Positions 27,778-37,671 of a stretch of DNA of 46,424 nt are shown piece by piece (positions within the stretch are counted from its first letter, which is position 1; every line of letters starts with the position of its first letter). The stretch lies in NCBI GenBank assembly GCA_964404225.1, contig CAYOJI010000001.1, forward strand, positions 1-46,424. The letters run 5' to 3'. The translations under genes and the position numbers were made by a program. This DNA comes from an uncultured Nitrospiraceae bacterium. Lineage in GTDB: Bacteria > Nitrospirota > Thermodesulfovibrionia > Thermodesulfovibrionales > SM23-35. The notes below the pieces were generated by a model. It searched no databases. It was given only the letters and a program-made list of their open reading frames with translations, and had not been told where the DNA came from.

Positions 27778-28884
27778 TCAAATTATTTCCAATTTTTTTG
27801 GTAAAGTAGTTAATACTTCACATTTATCTTTTCTGACTACTACAATATCTTCTATCCTCACACCCCCTAAATCTGGTATGTAAATACCCGGCTCAATAGT
27901 AAAGACCATATTTTCCCTTATCAATCTTTTATTATTTTTTGAAATCTTAGGAGATTCATGGATCTCTAAGCCCAATCCATGACCCGTACCATGACCAAAA
28001 AAATCTCCATATCCAGCCTTATTTATAACCTTTCGTGCATAATAATCAATTTCAGAAGATTTTATATTAGGTCTTATCCGCGAAATAGCGGATATGTTCG
28101 CTTTTAGTACTGTTTGATATATTTGTTTCTTTTTACTAATATTTTCTCCTTTTATAATTAAAGTTCTCGTGATATCTGAGAAATAACCATCGGCTTCCCC
28201 TCCCCAATCTATTATAACGAGATCACCCGGTGCAATTTTTTTATCTGTTGGTTTTGCATGCGGCATTGCAGAATTTTTTCCAGAGGCTACGATTATATCA
28301 AATGGAAGACGTCTCGAGCCCGCTTTTTTTAATCTTTCTTCGAGTATAAGTGCTATTGAAATCTCTTTAATACCTGCCTTTATATAAGGCTTTACTTCAA
28401 GGAAAGCTAATTCAGCACGCCTTATCGCTTCTCTTATAGCACCTATCTCAATGATGTCTTTTTTTTCTCTAAACCTTTCAATAAATCCTTTAAAAGGACG
28501 AATGTCTAAATTTATGGCTGATAATCTTTTAAAAAAATCGTAAGAGACAGAAGATTCTATACCCAACTTTTTTATTTTATTTTTACGACAAAGAATCTTT
28601 ATAAGTTTTATTCTGTCACCTTTTTCAATAACTATTTCCCATTCTTTAATTTCTCTTTCTGACTGTTCTTTATATCTAAAATCTGTTATGAAAATGCTTT
28701 CTTTTTTTGTTATAAATAAAAATGCCGATGAGCCTGAAAATCCGGTTAGATAATGGATATTATTTAAATCAGTTACGATGAATCCATCAACCTCTTTTCT
28801 GCTAAGAGATTTTCTTAAAGCAGATAGTCTTTTTGAATAGATAGCTTCATCTTTGCTAAAAATATTAATACCTTTGTAAGCCAT
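27778..28884 (-). CDS. pepP: Xaa-Pro aminopeptidase/dipeptidase (M24B family)
   Basis: 368 aa. Creatinase-like N-domain. Metal ligand blocks DLVIIDWGGEADGYFSDITRT, HGTGHGLGLEIHE, EPGIY, RIEDIV. Confidence 0.9.
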   Translation of the reverse strand: MAYKGINIFSKDEAIYSKRLSALRKSLSRKEVDGFIVTDLNNIHYLTGFSGSSAFLFITKKESIFITDFRYKEQSEREIKEWEIVIEKGDRIKLIKILCRKNKIKKLGIESSVSYDFFKRLSAINLDIRPFKGFIERFREKKDIIEIGAIREAIRRAELAFLEVKPYIKAGIKEISIALILEERLKKAGSRRLPFDIIVASGKNSAMPHAKPTDKKIAPGDLVIIDWGGEADGYFSDITRTLIIKGENISKKKQIYQTVLKANISAISRIRPNIKSSEIDYYARKVINKAGYGDFFGHGTGHGLGLEIHESPKISKNNKRLIRENMVFTIEPGIYIPDLGGVRIEDIVVVRKDKCEVLTTLPKKLEII

Positions 28885-28891
28885 TAAATTG

Positions 28892-29338
28892 TTACTGAAC
28901 GGAAAGTATATTTTTTGCAGCCCTCAAGGCAAGAAGATAACTATCCGGACCAAAACCGCATATCTGTCCGACCGATACTTCGGTGATAAATGATTTTTTC
29001 CTGAAATCTTCTCTTTTATAAATGTTAGATATATGGACCTCAATAGCAGGTTTACCGACTGCTAAGATAGCGTCTCTTATTGCAATGCTTGTATGGGTAT
29101 AAGCTGCAGGATTTATAATCAAAACGTCATAATCACCTTTTTGTATAAGCTCCAGTATATCTCCTTCGCTATTAAGCTGTTTTGTGGTAACATTTAACCC
29201 GAGCTCTGAAGCAAGAGAACGAATATCTCTATCTATTTCGTCAAGCGATTTGGTTCCATAAATACCTACTTCTCTCTTACCAAGAAGATTTAGATTAGGT
29301 CCGTGGATAACTAATACCTTGTCTTTCCGTCTTTTCAC
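28892..29338 (-). CDS. aroQ: Type II 3-dehydroquinate dehydratase
   Basis: 148 aa. VLVIHGPNLNLLGKREVGIYG, INPAAYTHTSIAIRDA, EVHISNIYKRE. Confidence 0.93.
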   Translation of the reverse strand: MKRRKDKVLVIHGPNLNLLGKREVGIYGTKSLDEIDRDIRSLASELGLNVTTKQLNSEGDILELIQKGDYDVLIINPAAYTHTSIAIRDAILAVGKPAIEVHISNIYKREDFRKKSFITEVSVGQICGFGPDSYLLALRAAKNILSVQ

Positions 29339-29342
29339 CTAC

Positions 29343-29723
29343 TCAAAATTCGCCTTCTATTTTAGGGATTGCGGTTTTCAGGATAAATCGACCTTTCCCA
29401 TAATTACCATCTGGCTTTATTACAAGGGCAAGATAATATTCAGAATTTATCTTTCTCATTATAATACCGCATTTGTCAGATATAATCGAAAACTCTTTTG
29501 CCTCGCCAAGACCAAGATTATCCGCCGCTGTACTAATGTCCTTTAACATTGCAGATGCCTCGGCACTCAGCCCTGTTAAATCAATGATTTTCTGAGATGA
29601 ATATTCCTGAACAGAAATTCCATCAATACCAATAATCATTGCTGAGACAGCGCCATCAACCTTATCAACTGTTTCTTTAAGGACTTCCAAAAAATTCATT
29701 GCGTCTTTTTTTGATACCTTCAA
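29343..29723 (-). CDS. Roadblock/LC7 (MglB-like) domain protein
   Basis: 126 aa. VDGAVSAMIIGIDGISVQEY ... alternating beta/alpha pattern typical of Roadblock/LC7. The 5' end overlaps the stop region of the upstream TPR gene by 23-47 nt depending on the start chosen. Confidence 0.7.
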   Translation of the reverse strand: MKVSKKDAMNFLEVLKETVDKVDGAVSAMIIGIDGISVQEYSSQKIIDLTGLSAEASAMLKDISTAADNLGLGEAKEFSIISDKCGIIMRKINSEYYLALVIKPDGNYGKGRFILKTAIPKIEGEF

Positions 29724-30789
29724 GAAATTTTTCGAGTTGTATTATAAGCTCTTCTTTATCTTTCCCAAGAAGTCTAAGAAGGAATTTTAATTCCTCTATA
29801 CGTTGTAATATTTTTTTATTTTGTGGATCATTTGAAAGTAACCTTCTATATACGTTCATTGCTTCAGAATAGTTACCTTTGAGTATATGTTGATCTGCAT
29901 CACTAAGATTTGGGATTGAGATATCTTCTTCTGTAATAAGTTCTACCTCTTCTATACCTTCAAAGAATAATTCTTCTTCGGATATTTCCTCTACATCAAC
30001 AGGACTGGATGTAAGAGCTTCATCAAATTCCCCTTTTTCATAAGTTTCTGGTAATTTTATATCTTCTTCAGTAACCGGAATATCAAGGACCGTTTCTGGA
30101 GTCTCATCTTGTATATCAATTGACTCATCTTGACCCTTTATCACCTCTATTTCTTCCTCTGCATTAAGTGCACCAGAAATCTCTTGTTCTTCCTCTATTA
30201 TTTCTATAGATTCTTCAGAAGCTGTTTCAAGCAATTCTTCCGCTCTCTCTTCAATAATAGATGCCTCAGCTGATTCCTCTATTTTTTCCTCTGAAAATTC
30301 CTCTGGTATAACTTCTATTATTTCTTCAACTTCATCTTTTTCAACTATTTCCTCTTTTATTTCAACAGATTGTTTTTCAACAGTGAATTCTTCTTTTTCC
30401 ATTTCTGCAAGATTTGTTACTGCCCATTCATCCATTGGATTAAGTCTTAACACCGCTTTAAATTCTTTTATAGCTTTATCTTTTTCACCAAGACTCCTAT
30501 AAATTTCGGCAAGCTTTTTATGAGCGTAAAGATTATCAGGAATCGAACTTACTACCTTTTCAAATTCATTTTTTGCCTCATTGAGCATTCCTTTTTCAGT
30601 ATATATTTTTCCAAGAGAAACACGCGCGCTTAAATAATTTGGGTGTCTTTCAAGGCCTTTGATAAGCACATTTATAGCCTCATCAAACATACCTGCTTTT
30701 TTATATTCTTCTGCGAGCGGGACAAACAATTTTGAATTTGGATCCTTATTTATTTTTTCCTTAAGTCTTTCGATTTCTTCAAAAGCCAT
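29677..30789 (-). CDS. TPR-repeat protein with a long acidic Glu/Ile-rich central region
   Basis: 370 aa. Three or four N-terminal TPRs (AEEYKKAGMFDEAINVLIKGLERHPNY..., GKIYTEKGMLNEAKNEFEKVV..., AEIYRSLGEKDKAIKEFKAVLRLNP). About 170 aa of low-complexity acidic sequence. One C-terminal TPR-like unit. Confidence 0.75.
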   Translation of the reverse strand: MAFEEIERLKEKINKDPNSKLFVPLAEEYKKAGMFDEAINVLIKGLERHPNYLSARVSLGKIYTEKGMLNEAKNEFEKVVSSIPDNLYAHKKLAEIYRSLGEKDKAIKEFKAVLRLNPMDEWAVTNLAEMEKEEFTVEKQSVEIKEEIVEKDEVEEIIEVIPEEFSEEKIEESAEASIIEERAEELLETASEESIEIIEEEQEISGALNAEEEIEVIKGQDESIDIQDETPETVLDIPVTEEDIKLPETYEKGEFDEALTSSPVDVEEISEEELFFEGIEEVELITEEDISIPNLSDADQHILKGNYSEAMNVYRRLLSNDPQNKKILQRIEELKFLLRLLGKDKEELIIQLEKFLEGIKKRRNEFFGSP

Positions 30790-30822
30790 GTTATGCCAAT
30801 TTTAACCAATTTTGTAAAAAAG

Positions 30823-32016
30823 TCAAGCTTTGATTTCTATCATCCTGTCCAAAATAGCATCTGCGACTTCATCTTTGCTCATTAATGGTAATTCTATTTC
30901 TTTCTCCCTATCAATAATTATAACCTTGTTGGTATCTGCATCAAATCCTGCACCAATCTCTGTAACATCGTTGAATACTATCATGTCAAGATTTTTTTCT
31001 ATCAATTTTTTTCTTGCCCTTCCCGTCTTTCTACCAGTTTCTGCTGCAAAGCCAATAAGAAATGGCTTATTTCTTTTTTTGCTTATGTCAGAGATTATAT
31101 CAGGTGTTTGTTTTAACCTTAAAAGAAATTCACCCGATTTTTCTATCTTCTCTTTATAACTCTCTGATGGCATAAAATCACAAACAGCAGCAGCCATTAT
31201 AACCACACTTGTGGAATCTAATTCTTTATTTATAGCGTTTAACATATCTAATGATGTCTCAACAGATACGAATTTTATACCTTTAGGTTTATCTAAAGAT
31301 GTATACCCACTTATCAATGTTACATCAGCGCCTCTTCTGTAAGCCGCCCGTGCAATTGCATATCCCATCTTCCCTGAAGATTTGTTTGAAATAAATCTAA
31401 CGGGATCTATAAACTCTCTTGTTGGTCCTGCTGTTACAAGAACTTTTTCCTTTTTAAGATCTTTTTCCGTAAGCATTGACTTTATTGTCTCTATTATTTC
31501 TGATATATCAGCCATTTTCCCGATCCCTTCTTCACCACACGCAAGAGAACCTCTTTCCGGGCCTATCTGAACTACGCCACGAGATAAAAGCTTTTTTAAA
31601 TTATCCTGGAGAAAAGGATTTTCATACATCCTCCAATTCATTGAAGGGGCAATGGCAACTTTACCTTTAAAGGAGAGGAAGCACGTACTCAGGAGGTCAT
31701 CAGCGATACCATTTGCAAACTTTCCAATTGTATTTGCTGTCGCAGGTGCTATAATAAATATATCAGCATTAGCAGGTAGTGTAATGTGAGATAGTGGGTT
31801 ATCAAAAAGATCTACATACACTCTATTTTGAGAGGCTACTTCAAGGGATAAAGGGGTTATAAATTTCTTCGCGGCCTCTGTCATAATAACTGTAACAGAG
31901 GAACCCTCTTCACGAAGTCTTCTGATTAAATCAACGACCTTGTAAGCTGCAATTCCTCCTGAAACACCGAGAAGTATAGACTTATTCTTCAGAATCTTCT
32001 TCTCTTCTTTCACCAA
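30823..32016 (-). CDS. coaBC: Bifunctional phosphopantothenoylcysteine decarboxylase / phosphopantothenate-cysteine ligase
   Basis: 397 aa. Flavoprotein N-domain GVSGGIAAYK and APATANTIGKFANGIADD. CoaB domain VTAGPTREFIDPVRFISNKSSGKMGYAIA. Confidence 0.93.
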   Translation of the reverse strand: MVKEEKKILKNKSILLGVSGGIAAYKVVDLIRRLREEGSSVTVIMTEAAKKFITPLSLEVASQNRVYVDLFDNPLSHITLPANADIFIIAPATANTIGKFANGIADDLLSTCFLSFKGKVAIAPSMNWRMYENPFLQDNLKKLLSRGVVQIGPERGSLACGEEGIGKMADISEIIETIKSMLTEKDLKKEKVLVTAGPTREFIDPVRFISNKSSGKMGYAIARAAYRRGADVTLISGYTSLDKPKGIKFVSVETSLDMLNAINKELDSTSVVIMAAAVCDFMPSESYKEKIEKSGEFLLRLKQTPDIISDISKKRNKPFLIGFAAETGRKTGRARKKLIEKNLDMIVFNDVTEIGAGFDADTNKVIIIDREKEIELPLMSKDEVADAILDRMIEIKA

Positions 32017-32380
32017 AAAGACCCTCTAAAGTTCTTTTGTCTTTTGATTCTTTTTCATGGAGGTATACCTTAAGGTCTTTTTCAAACTCGGTAAGATCTT
32101 CTCCTGTTATCTCCTTCCTCTTTTCCTCAAGGAGTTTTCTATAATCAAATTTCTTTGCTTCTTCTTTGGCCTTCTTAGCGTCTTCACCCGTGAGGAATTC
32201 TACGGTATTATTCATTGCTTCTTCTAGTGCAATAGTTGTTATCTTTTTTGACTTTGTTTTAACTTTTGGCTGAACCCCGAGCGCAAGTTCTTTCGCCCTT
32301 TGGGATGCTATTGCAATCAATCTGAATCGTCCGTCAATTTTATTGCGGTCGAATTCTATAGGTAGAGAAATTATATCCAC
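31982..32380 (-). CDS. rpoZ: DNA-directed RNA polymerase subunit omega (with extended charged C-terminus)
   Basis: 132 aa. GRFRLIAIASQRAKEL core. Conserved position between gmk and coaBC. Confidence 0.85.
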   Translation of the reverse strand: MDIISLPIEFDRNKIDGRFRLIAIASQRAKELALGVQPKVKTKSKKITTIALEEAMNNTVEFLTGEDAKKAKEEAKKFDYRKLLEEKRKEITGEDLTEFEKDLKVYLHEKESKDKRTLEGLFGERREEDSEE

Positions 32381-32386
32381 CCGTTA

Positions 32387-33013
32387 TCACCTCCTTTTGA
32401 AAAAATTTGATTCAACCCAGTATGGATTAATCATTTCTGTCTTCGCTCTTTGAGAGATTACAATTGATTTGAGCTCCTCAAGAGCATCCTCAAATACATC
32501 ATTAATTATAACATAATCATACTCAGTATAGTTCTTAATCTCAGAAATCGCCTTGTTCATTCTTTTTTCAACAATATCGATAGCGTCAGTTGACCTTTTC
32601 TGGAGTCTTTCCCTTAAAATTTCTAAAGAGGGTGGCATTACAAATATAAATATTCCTCCTTTAACTTTATTTTTTATCTGCATAGCACCCTGAACATCTA
32701 TATCCAAAATAACATCTCTGCCCGAATTTATAAGTTTTTCAAGGGATTCTTTTGATGTTCCATAAAGTTCATCATGTACCTCTGCCCATTCTATAAATTC
32801 TCCTCGTTCTATCATCGAGATAAACTTCTCCCTGTTAATAAAAATGTAGTCTATTTCGTTGATCTCCCCTGGGCGCGGGGGCCTTGTTGTGTATGAGACT
32901 GAAAAATCTAAATTGGGTAAGACCGAAACCAGTTTCTTACATAAAGTTGTTTTGCCTGAACCTGATGGCGCAGATACTACAAAAATACTTCCTTTAGCCT
33001 TCCTCGCTTGCAA
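32387..33013 (-). CDS. gmk: Guanylate kinase
   Basis: 208 aa. P-loop [10 protein letters not shown]; [16 protein letters not shown]; [12 protein letters not shown]. Confidence 0.95.
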   Translation of the reverse strand: MQARKAKGSIFVVSAPSGSGKTTLCKKLVSVLPNLDFSVSYTTRPPRPGEINEIDYIFINREKFISMIERGEFIEWAEVHDELYGTSKESLEKLINSGRDVILDIDVQGAMQIKNKVKGGIFIFVMPPSLEILRERLQKRSTDAIDIVEKRMNKAISEIKNYTEYDYVIINDVFEDALEELKSIVISQRAKTEMINPYWVESNFFKRR

Positions 33014-33293
33014 CTGTTTCTCGCCCTTCGTTAAATCTCTGAGTAATGGTTTCTGCCTGTATAGCTGATAGAATTATATGATTGCTATCAGTTACGATGA
33101 TCGAGCGAGTTCGCCTCCCTTCAGTTGCGTCTATTAATCTGCCAGTCTTTTTTGCCTCTTCGCGAAGTCTTTTCATAGGAGCAGAACCAGGGGTAACAAT
33201 GGCTACGACTTTTGAAGCAGCTACGACATTACCAAATCCAATATTGATAAGCACAGGGCTAAGGTCACTTTTTTTCATAGTTATTCCTTTCAT
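32994..33293 (-). CDS. remA: DUF370 / RemA family protein
   Basis: 99 aa. [28 protein letters not shown]...[31 protein letters not shown] matches the RemA/YlzA pattern. Start may be the internal ATG (MKKSD). Confidence 0.88.
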   Translation of the reverse strand: MKGITMKKSDLSPVLINIGFGNVVAASKVVAIVTPGSAPMKRLREEAKKTGRLIDATEGRRTRSIIVTDSNHIILSAIQAETITQRFNEGRETVASEEG

Positions 33294-34144
33294 TGAATAT
33301 TTTGAACCTGTTCTCTAATCTTTTCTATTTCTGTCTTCATTTCTACAACCAAGTTAGAAATACTATAATTACTTGATTTGTAGGCTAAGGTATTAACTTC
33401 CCTATTTATTTCCTGTAATATAAAATCTAATTTTTTCCCAATAATATCATTATTACCTTTATCAAGAACTTCTACAAATTGTTTTAGATGATTTTCTATT
33501 CTGTGTAACTCTTCTGATATGTCTAACTTTTCCGCCATAATGGCTGCTTCTTGAAGTATTCTACTATTTTCCACAATATCTGTCTGGAGTATTAGTCTGA
33601 GTCTTTCGGTAAATTTCTCTCTTATTTTTTCTATTTCATTTGGCACAAGTGTTTTTATACGTTCATTTATTTCAATCAAAAACTGCAACCTTCTCTTTAT
33701 ATCTTCTACAAGCAGTAACCCTTCACGAACCCTTGCTGTCTCAAGATTTGATAAAGCTTCTTTAAAAGTTTTATAAACAGCTTCTATATTATATTGTGGT
33801 TCTTCTTGATACAGTATTTCTTTATAACTTGTGATAGTATCAATTGTTATATCACCGGGGATAGATAGTTCTCTCTGTAAATCGAGAAGTGTCAAATAAA
33901 TATTTTTTACTAATGCCTTATTTATTTTAAACTGTGACATGTTATGATTTAAGATTGAAATGATGACATCGAATCTACCCCTTTTAAATCTTTCTTTAAT
34001 GATATTTCGCAAATCGATTTCGTACTTGTTCATGTGAGAAGGCATTTTTATCACAATATCAATAAATCTGTGGTTTAAAGAACGTATTTCTACCATTATA
34101 TCATTATTTATTGCACTTCCAAAACCTGTCATACTCTGTACCAT
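33290..34144 (-). CDS. yicC: YicC-family protein (YicC_N + DUF1732)
   Basis: 284 aa. MTGFG N-terminus; SLNHRFIDI; C-terminal EEL.R...H...F...L......GKKLDF..QE..RE.NT..SK pattern. Conserved yicC-remA-gmk-rpoZ-coaBC order. Confidence 0.9.
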   Translation of the reverse strand: MVQSMTGFGSAINNDIMVEIRSLNHRFIDIVIKMPSHMNKYEIDLRNIIKERFKRGRFDVIISILNHNMSQFKINKALVKNIYLTLLDLQRELSIPGDITIDTITSYKEILYQEEPQYNIEAVYKTFKEALSNLETARVREGLLLVEDIKRRLQFLIEINERIKTLVPNEIEKIREKFTERLRLILQTDIVENSRILQEAAIMAEKLDISEELHRIENHLKQFVEVLDKGNNDIIGKKLDFILQEINREVNTLAYKSSNYSISNLVVEMKTEIEKIREQVQNIQ

Positions 34145-34198
34145 ATTTTATAAACTATAAAAAATACTCAGATTAGTCAATTAAAAGTCTCAATCAGT

Positions 34199-34440
34199 AA
34201 GCATCCAAAATTTAGGCCTGAGGATAGAAATAGGTGGGGGAGATGTCCTTGAACGGACATTACGAAAATTTTGGGGCACCCTTCTTGATGAAGAGGAGCG
34301 TCCCTTAAGGGGCGAATTTGCACCGTTTGAGGCCGAGTTTGCAAATTCGAGCGATTGAGTCTTAAAAGAGTCAAAATTTTCGTTCAGGGAGTGAAAGGGC
34401 ATCTCCTCAAAAACCATGTAAGCCTAAATTTTGGATGCTT
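34199..34440. repeat. 242-bp element bounded by perfect 19-bp inverted repeats, with several internal hairpins (MITE-like element or structured ncRNA candidate)
   Basis: AAGCATCCAAAATTTAGGC (34199-34217) is the exact reverse complement of GCCTAAATTTTGGATGCTT (34422-34440). Internal stems: ATGTCC-N6-GGACAT; CCTCTTC/GAAGAGG-type; GAATTTGCA-N17-TGCAAATTC (perfect 9 bp); CCCTTAAGGG palindrome. Sits in a 423-nt spacer between yicC and efp. Confidence 0.6.
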
Positions 34441-34452
34441 CCTCTCAACCAA

Positions 34453-34474
34453 GTTAGGACATCACCAACAGATG
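34453..34474. repeat. 22-nt motif GTTAGGACATCACCAACAGATG, copy 2 (copy 1 at 5623-5644)
   Basis: 21/22 identical to 5623-5644. Starts 13 nt after the right inverted repeat of the 242-bp element. Confidence 0.75.
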
Positions 34475-34567
34475 GATAAGAAAAGCTATGCCTCTATTGA
34501 GGAGGGAACTTATTGTAAAAAAAATAGAAAATGCTTAAAATATTAAAATTTTAGAGGAGGGATAGGT

Positions 34568-35131
34568 TTGATTTCTACAAACGATTTTAGAAAAGGTTTA
34601 AAGATTGAATTTAAAGGAGACCCTTGTGAAATAATAGACTTTCAACATGTAAAAATGGGAAGAGGTGGGGCAATAGTGAGGACAAAGCTAAAGAATATTA
34701 AAACAGGGGCTGTTCTTGAAGAAACCTTTAGAGCAGGCGAAAAACTTGAATTGCCAGGGCTTGAAGAGAAAAGTATGCAATTTCTGTATGTTCAGGATGA
34801 TATGTATTATTTTATGGATCTAGAAAATTTTGAGCAGATACCTCTTACCTCTGCGCAACTTGGTGAATCAGTTAAATTCCTTAAGGAAAATATGATTGTA
34901 AATATTATATACCATAAAAATAGTCCAATCAGTATCGAATTACCAACCTTTGTTGAATTAGCAGTTGTGAGTACAGCACCCGCGGGATTTAAAGGTGACA
35001 CAGCTTCTGGCGGTGGGAAACCTGCTACTTTGGAAACAGGAGCTGTTATAAAAGTCCCTTTTCATATAAATGAGGGGGACATCATCAAGATTGACACAAG
35101 GACATCGGAATATATTGAAAGGGTAAGATAA
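34568..35131 (+). CDS. efp: Translation elongation factor P (Arg at the loop-tip position 32)
   Basis: 187 aa. [15 protein letters not shown]...[20 protein letters not shown] aligns with Bacillus-type [20 protein letters not shown]. TTG start preceded by GAGGAGGGA SD. Confidence 0.93.
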   Translation: MISTNDFRKGLKIEFKGDPCEIIDFQHVKMGRGGAIVRTKLKNIKTGAVLEETFRAGEKLELPGLEEKSMQFLYVQDDMYYFMDLENFEQIPLTSAQLGESVKFLKENMIVNIIYHKNSPISIELPTFVELAVVSTAPAGFKGDTASGGGKPATLETGAVIKVPFHINEGDIIKIDTRTSEYIERVR

Positions 35132-35565
35132 TGGAATTAGAAGAATTAAAAGAACTATTGGAGCTACTCAAAGAAACAGATATAACTGAACTGCAGATAG
35201 AAAAGAATGGTACTAAGATAAAAATAAAAAGAGAAAAAATCCTTTCTTCTTTGGAAATACCCGCTCCTAAGCATAGTATTATCCCTGAGAAGGCTATTAT
35301 CGAGACCGAAGAGGAAACTCAGAGGCTTGTGACGGTAACATCACCGATCGTCGGTACATTTTATAGGGCACCTTCACCAGATGCTAATCCCTTTGTAGAA
35401 GTTGGATCAAAAGTTACAAAAGGTCAAGTTTTATGCATTATTGAGGCAATGAAATTGATGAATGAGATTGAAAGTGAAGTTGATGGAATTGTTGTAAGGA
35501 TACTTGTTGAAAATGGCCAACCCGTTGAATACGGTGAGCCATTATTTCTAATAGAACCAATATAA
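35131..35565 (+). CDS. accB: Acetyl-CoA carboxylase biotin carboxyl carrier protein
   Basis: 144 aa. Biotinylation motif [19 protein letters not shown] overlap with the efp stop. Confidence 0.92.
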   Translation: MELEELKELLELLKETDITELQIEKNGTKIKIKREKILSSLEIPAPKHSIIPEKAIIETEEETQRLVTVTSPIVGTFYRAPSPDANPFVEVGSKVTKGQVLCIIEAMKLMNEIESEVDGIVVRILVENGQPVEYGEPLFLIEPI

Positions 35566-35638
35566 TCAAAATAAACAATTTAAGAAATGAGCTTAAAGAG
35601 AATATCTTTATGCCTTTTATTCTCTTTTAGGTTAATAA

Positions 35639-37003
35639 ATGAAGCTTTTTAAAAAGGTATTAATAGCTAACCGAGGTGAAATTGCAATAAGAATTATACG
35701 GGCTTGCAAAGAGCTAGGTATAAAGACCGTTGCAGTATATTCAGAAGCAGATAAAGAATCTCTTCATGTAATGCTTGCGGATGAAAAAGTCTGTATAGGA
35801 CCAGCTAATGCAAGTCAGAGTTATCTGAATATTCCTGCAATTTTGAGTGCTGCTGAAATAACAGACTCTGATGCAATTCATCCCGGATATGGATTTCTTT
35901 CCGAAAATTATCATTTTGCTGAAGCATGCCAGACATCAGGCATAACATTTATTGGTCCAACTCCCGAAAATATAAGACTCGGTGGAGACAAAGCAAGGGC
36001 GAGACAAATAATGAAAAGGAAAGGTGTTCCTGTGGTTGCAGGTAGCGACGGACCTGTAGCGAATGAAGAAATAGCAATGAAGGTAGCAAAAAAAATAGGA
36101 TTTCCGATAGTTCTTAAGGCTTCTGCAGGTGGAGGAGGACATGGAATGAAGATTGTAAGAGAAGAAAAAGAACTTGAACAGGCTTTCTATATGGCACAAA
36201 GAGAAGCATTAACTGCATTTGGTAATAGCGAGATTTATATAGAAGAATACATACCTGAAATGAGGCATATTGAAGTACAGATCATGGCAGATAATAAAGG
36301 TAATACTATACATTTAAACGAAAGAGATTGTTCAATCCAGAGAAGACATCAAAAACTAATAGAGGAATCCCCTTCACCAATCTCCTCATCTGAAAAGTTT
36401 AAGAAAAGGATAGGAGAATTAGGGGTCAAGGCAGCGCGGGCAATTAAATATAGAAATGTTGGGACGATAGAATTTATAGTCGATACAAAAGGTAATATTT
36501 ATTTTATCGAAATTAATACGCGTATTCAGGTAGAACACCCTGTAACAGAAGCTGTTACAGGAATTGATATTATAAAGGAACAAATCAAACTTGCAGCGGG
36601 TTTACCTTTAGAATATAAACAGAGTCAAATAAAATCAATAGGGCATGCGATTGAGTGTAGAATCAATGCTGAAGATTCCGAGAGATTTATACCTTCTCCT
36701 GGCAAAATTACATTTTTATCTCTGCCGGGTGGCCCCGGTGTTAGGGTAGACACTGGTATTTACTGCGGATATGTCATTCCACCCCACTATGATTCCCTAA
36801 TAGCTAAATTGATTGTTCACGGAAGAGACAGGATGGATGCAATTATGAAGATGAGGCGTGCCCTCGATGAATTCATAATTGAAGGAATAAATACAACTAT
36901 ACCTTTCCACAAGAAGGTTCTGAATAACCCAGATTTTATTAGTGGGAATTTTAATACGCATTTTTTAGAAAAGCTCAATAAGGGTGATCAGGAAATAACT
37001 TAA
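35639..37003 (+). CDS. accC: Acetyl-CoA carboxylase biotin carboxylase subunit
   Basis: 454 aa. [22 protein letters not shown]; [14 protein letters not shown]; [14 protein letters not shown]; RINAEDS. Confidence 0.93.
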   Translation: MKLFKKVLIANRGEIAIRIIRACKELGIKTVAVYSEADKESLHVMLADEKVCIGPANASQSYLNIPAILSAAEITDSDAIHPGYGFLSENYHFAEACQTSGITFIGPTPENIRLGGDKARARQIMKRKGVPVVAGSDGPVANEEIAMKVAKKIGFPIVLKASAGGGGHGMKIVREEKELEQAFYMAQREALTAFGNSEIYIEEYIPEMRHIEVQIMADNKGNTIHLNERDCSIQRRHQKLIEESPSPISSSEKFKKRIGELGVKAARAIKYRNVGTIEFIVDTKGNIYFIEINTRIQVEHPVTEAVTGIDIIKEQIKLAAGLPLEYKQSQIKSIGHAIECRINAEDSERFIPSPGKITFLSLPGGPGVRVDTGIYCGYVIPPHYDSLIAKLIVHGRDRMDAIMKMRRALDEFIIEGINTTIPFHKKVLNNPDFISGNFNTHFLEKLNKGDQEIT

Positions 37004-37005
37004 AA

Positions 37006-37626
37006 ATGTTTTTGGGTGGTTTGTGTTTTATTACTGATCGTAAGGCATGTAATCTTTCGACTGAAGAAATGGTTTTAAAAATACTCGGTGCAGGTATAAG
37101 GTGGGTCCAATATCGCGAGAAGGAAAAATCAAGGATGGATATCTATGAAGAATCGCTCAGAATCAGAAACATTACCCAACAATATAATGCTGTCTTTATA
37201 GTAAATGATCATACTGATATTGCCTTGGCAGTCAATGCAGAAGGGGTACACCTTGGACAGGATGATCTACCAGTTGTTGAAGCTCGTAAGATATTAGGAG
37301 GAAATAAAATAATTGGAATTTCTACTCACAATATTGAACAGGCGATTAATGCTGAAAAAGATGGTGCTGATTATATCGGGTTTGGCCCTATATTCCCTAC
37401 TCAGACAAAAAATGCAGGGAAGCCACGGGGTATAGATATGCTTAGGCAGGTAAAAACCCGCGTAAACATACCCGTTGTTGCTATAGGGGGGATTAATCAC
37501 GGAAATGTCAAATCGGTCATTGAAACGGGTGTAGATGCAGTTGCCGTTGCCTCTGCAATTTTAGTCGGCGATATAGAAAACAATGTTAAAAGGTTCCTTG
37601 AAATCATTTATTCTCATAAATCTTAA
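37006..37626 (+). CDS. thiE: Thiamine-phosphate synthase
   Basis: 206 aa. GGLCFITDR; VQYREK; FIVNDHTDIALAVNAEGVHLGQDDLP; IGISTH; DYIGFGPIFPTQTK; PVVAIGGI. Confidence 0.9.
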   Translation: MFLGGLCFITDRKACNLSTEEMVLKILGAGIRWVQYREKEKSRMDIYEESLRIRNITQQYNAVFIVNDHTDIALAVNAEGVHLGQDDLPVVEARKILGGNKIIGISTHNIEQAINAEKDGADYIGFGPIFPTQTKNAGKPRGIDMLRQVKTRVNIPVVAIGGINHGNVKSVIETGVDAVAVASAILVGDIENNVKRFLEIIYSHKS

Positions 37627-37671
37627 AAATATATATAAAATAGAAATTGTTAAAATAGAAATTGTTAATCT

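Noticed and set aside
34275-34288. Sigma-54-like promoter GGCAC-N5-TTGA with correct -24/-12 spacing, facing efp.
   Set aside because: The conserved C of the -12 GC is missing. It lies inside a hairpin of the 242-bp element, about 280 nt from the efp start. It is a single near-match with no activator gene nearby, so it is probably chance.
34177-34546. ORFs of 63-75 aa across the yicC-efp spacer (34177-34374-, 34190-34417-, 34355-34546+).
   Set aside because: They run through the palindromic 242-bp element, have no SD, and have Ser/Arg/Pro-rich composition unlike the rest of the proteome. The palindromic DNA explains them better.
35595-35627. Hairpin AAAGAGAAT-N15-ATTCTCTTT between accB and accC, considered as an attenuator or terminator.
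   Set aside because: The stem is AT-only with a large loop, and only a 4-nt T run follows it. accB-accC are normally co-transcribed, so there is not enough support to call a terminator.
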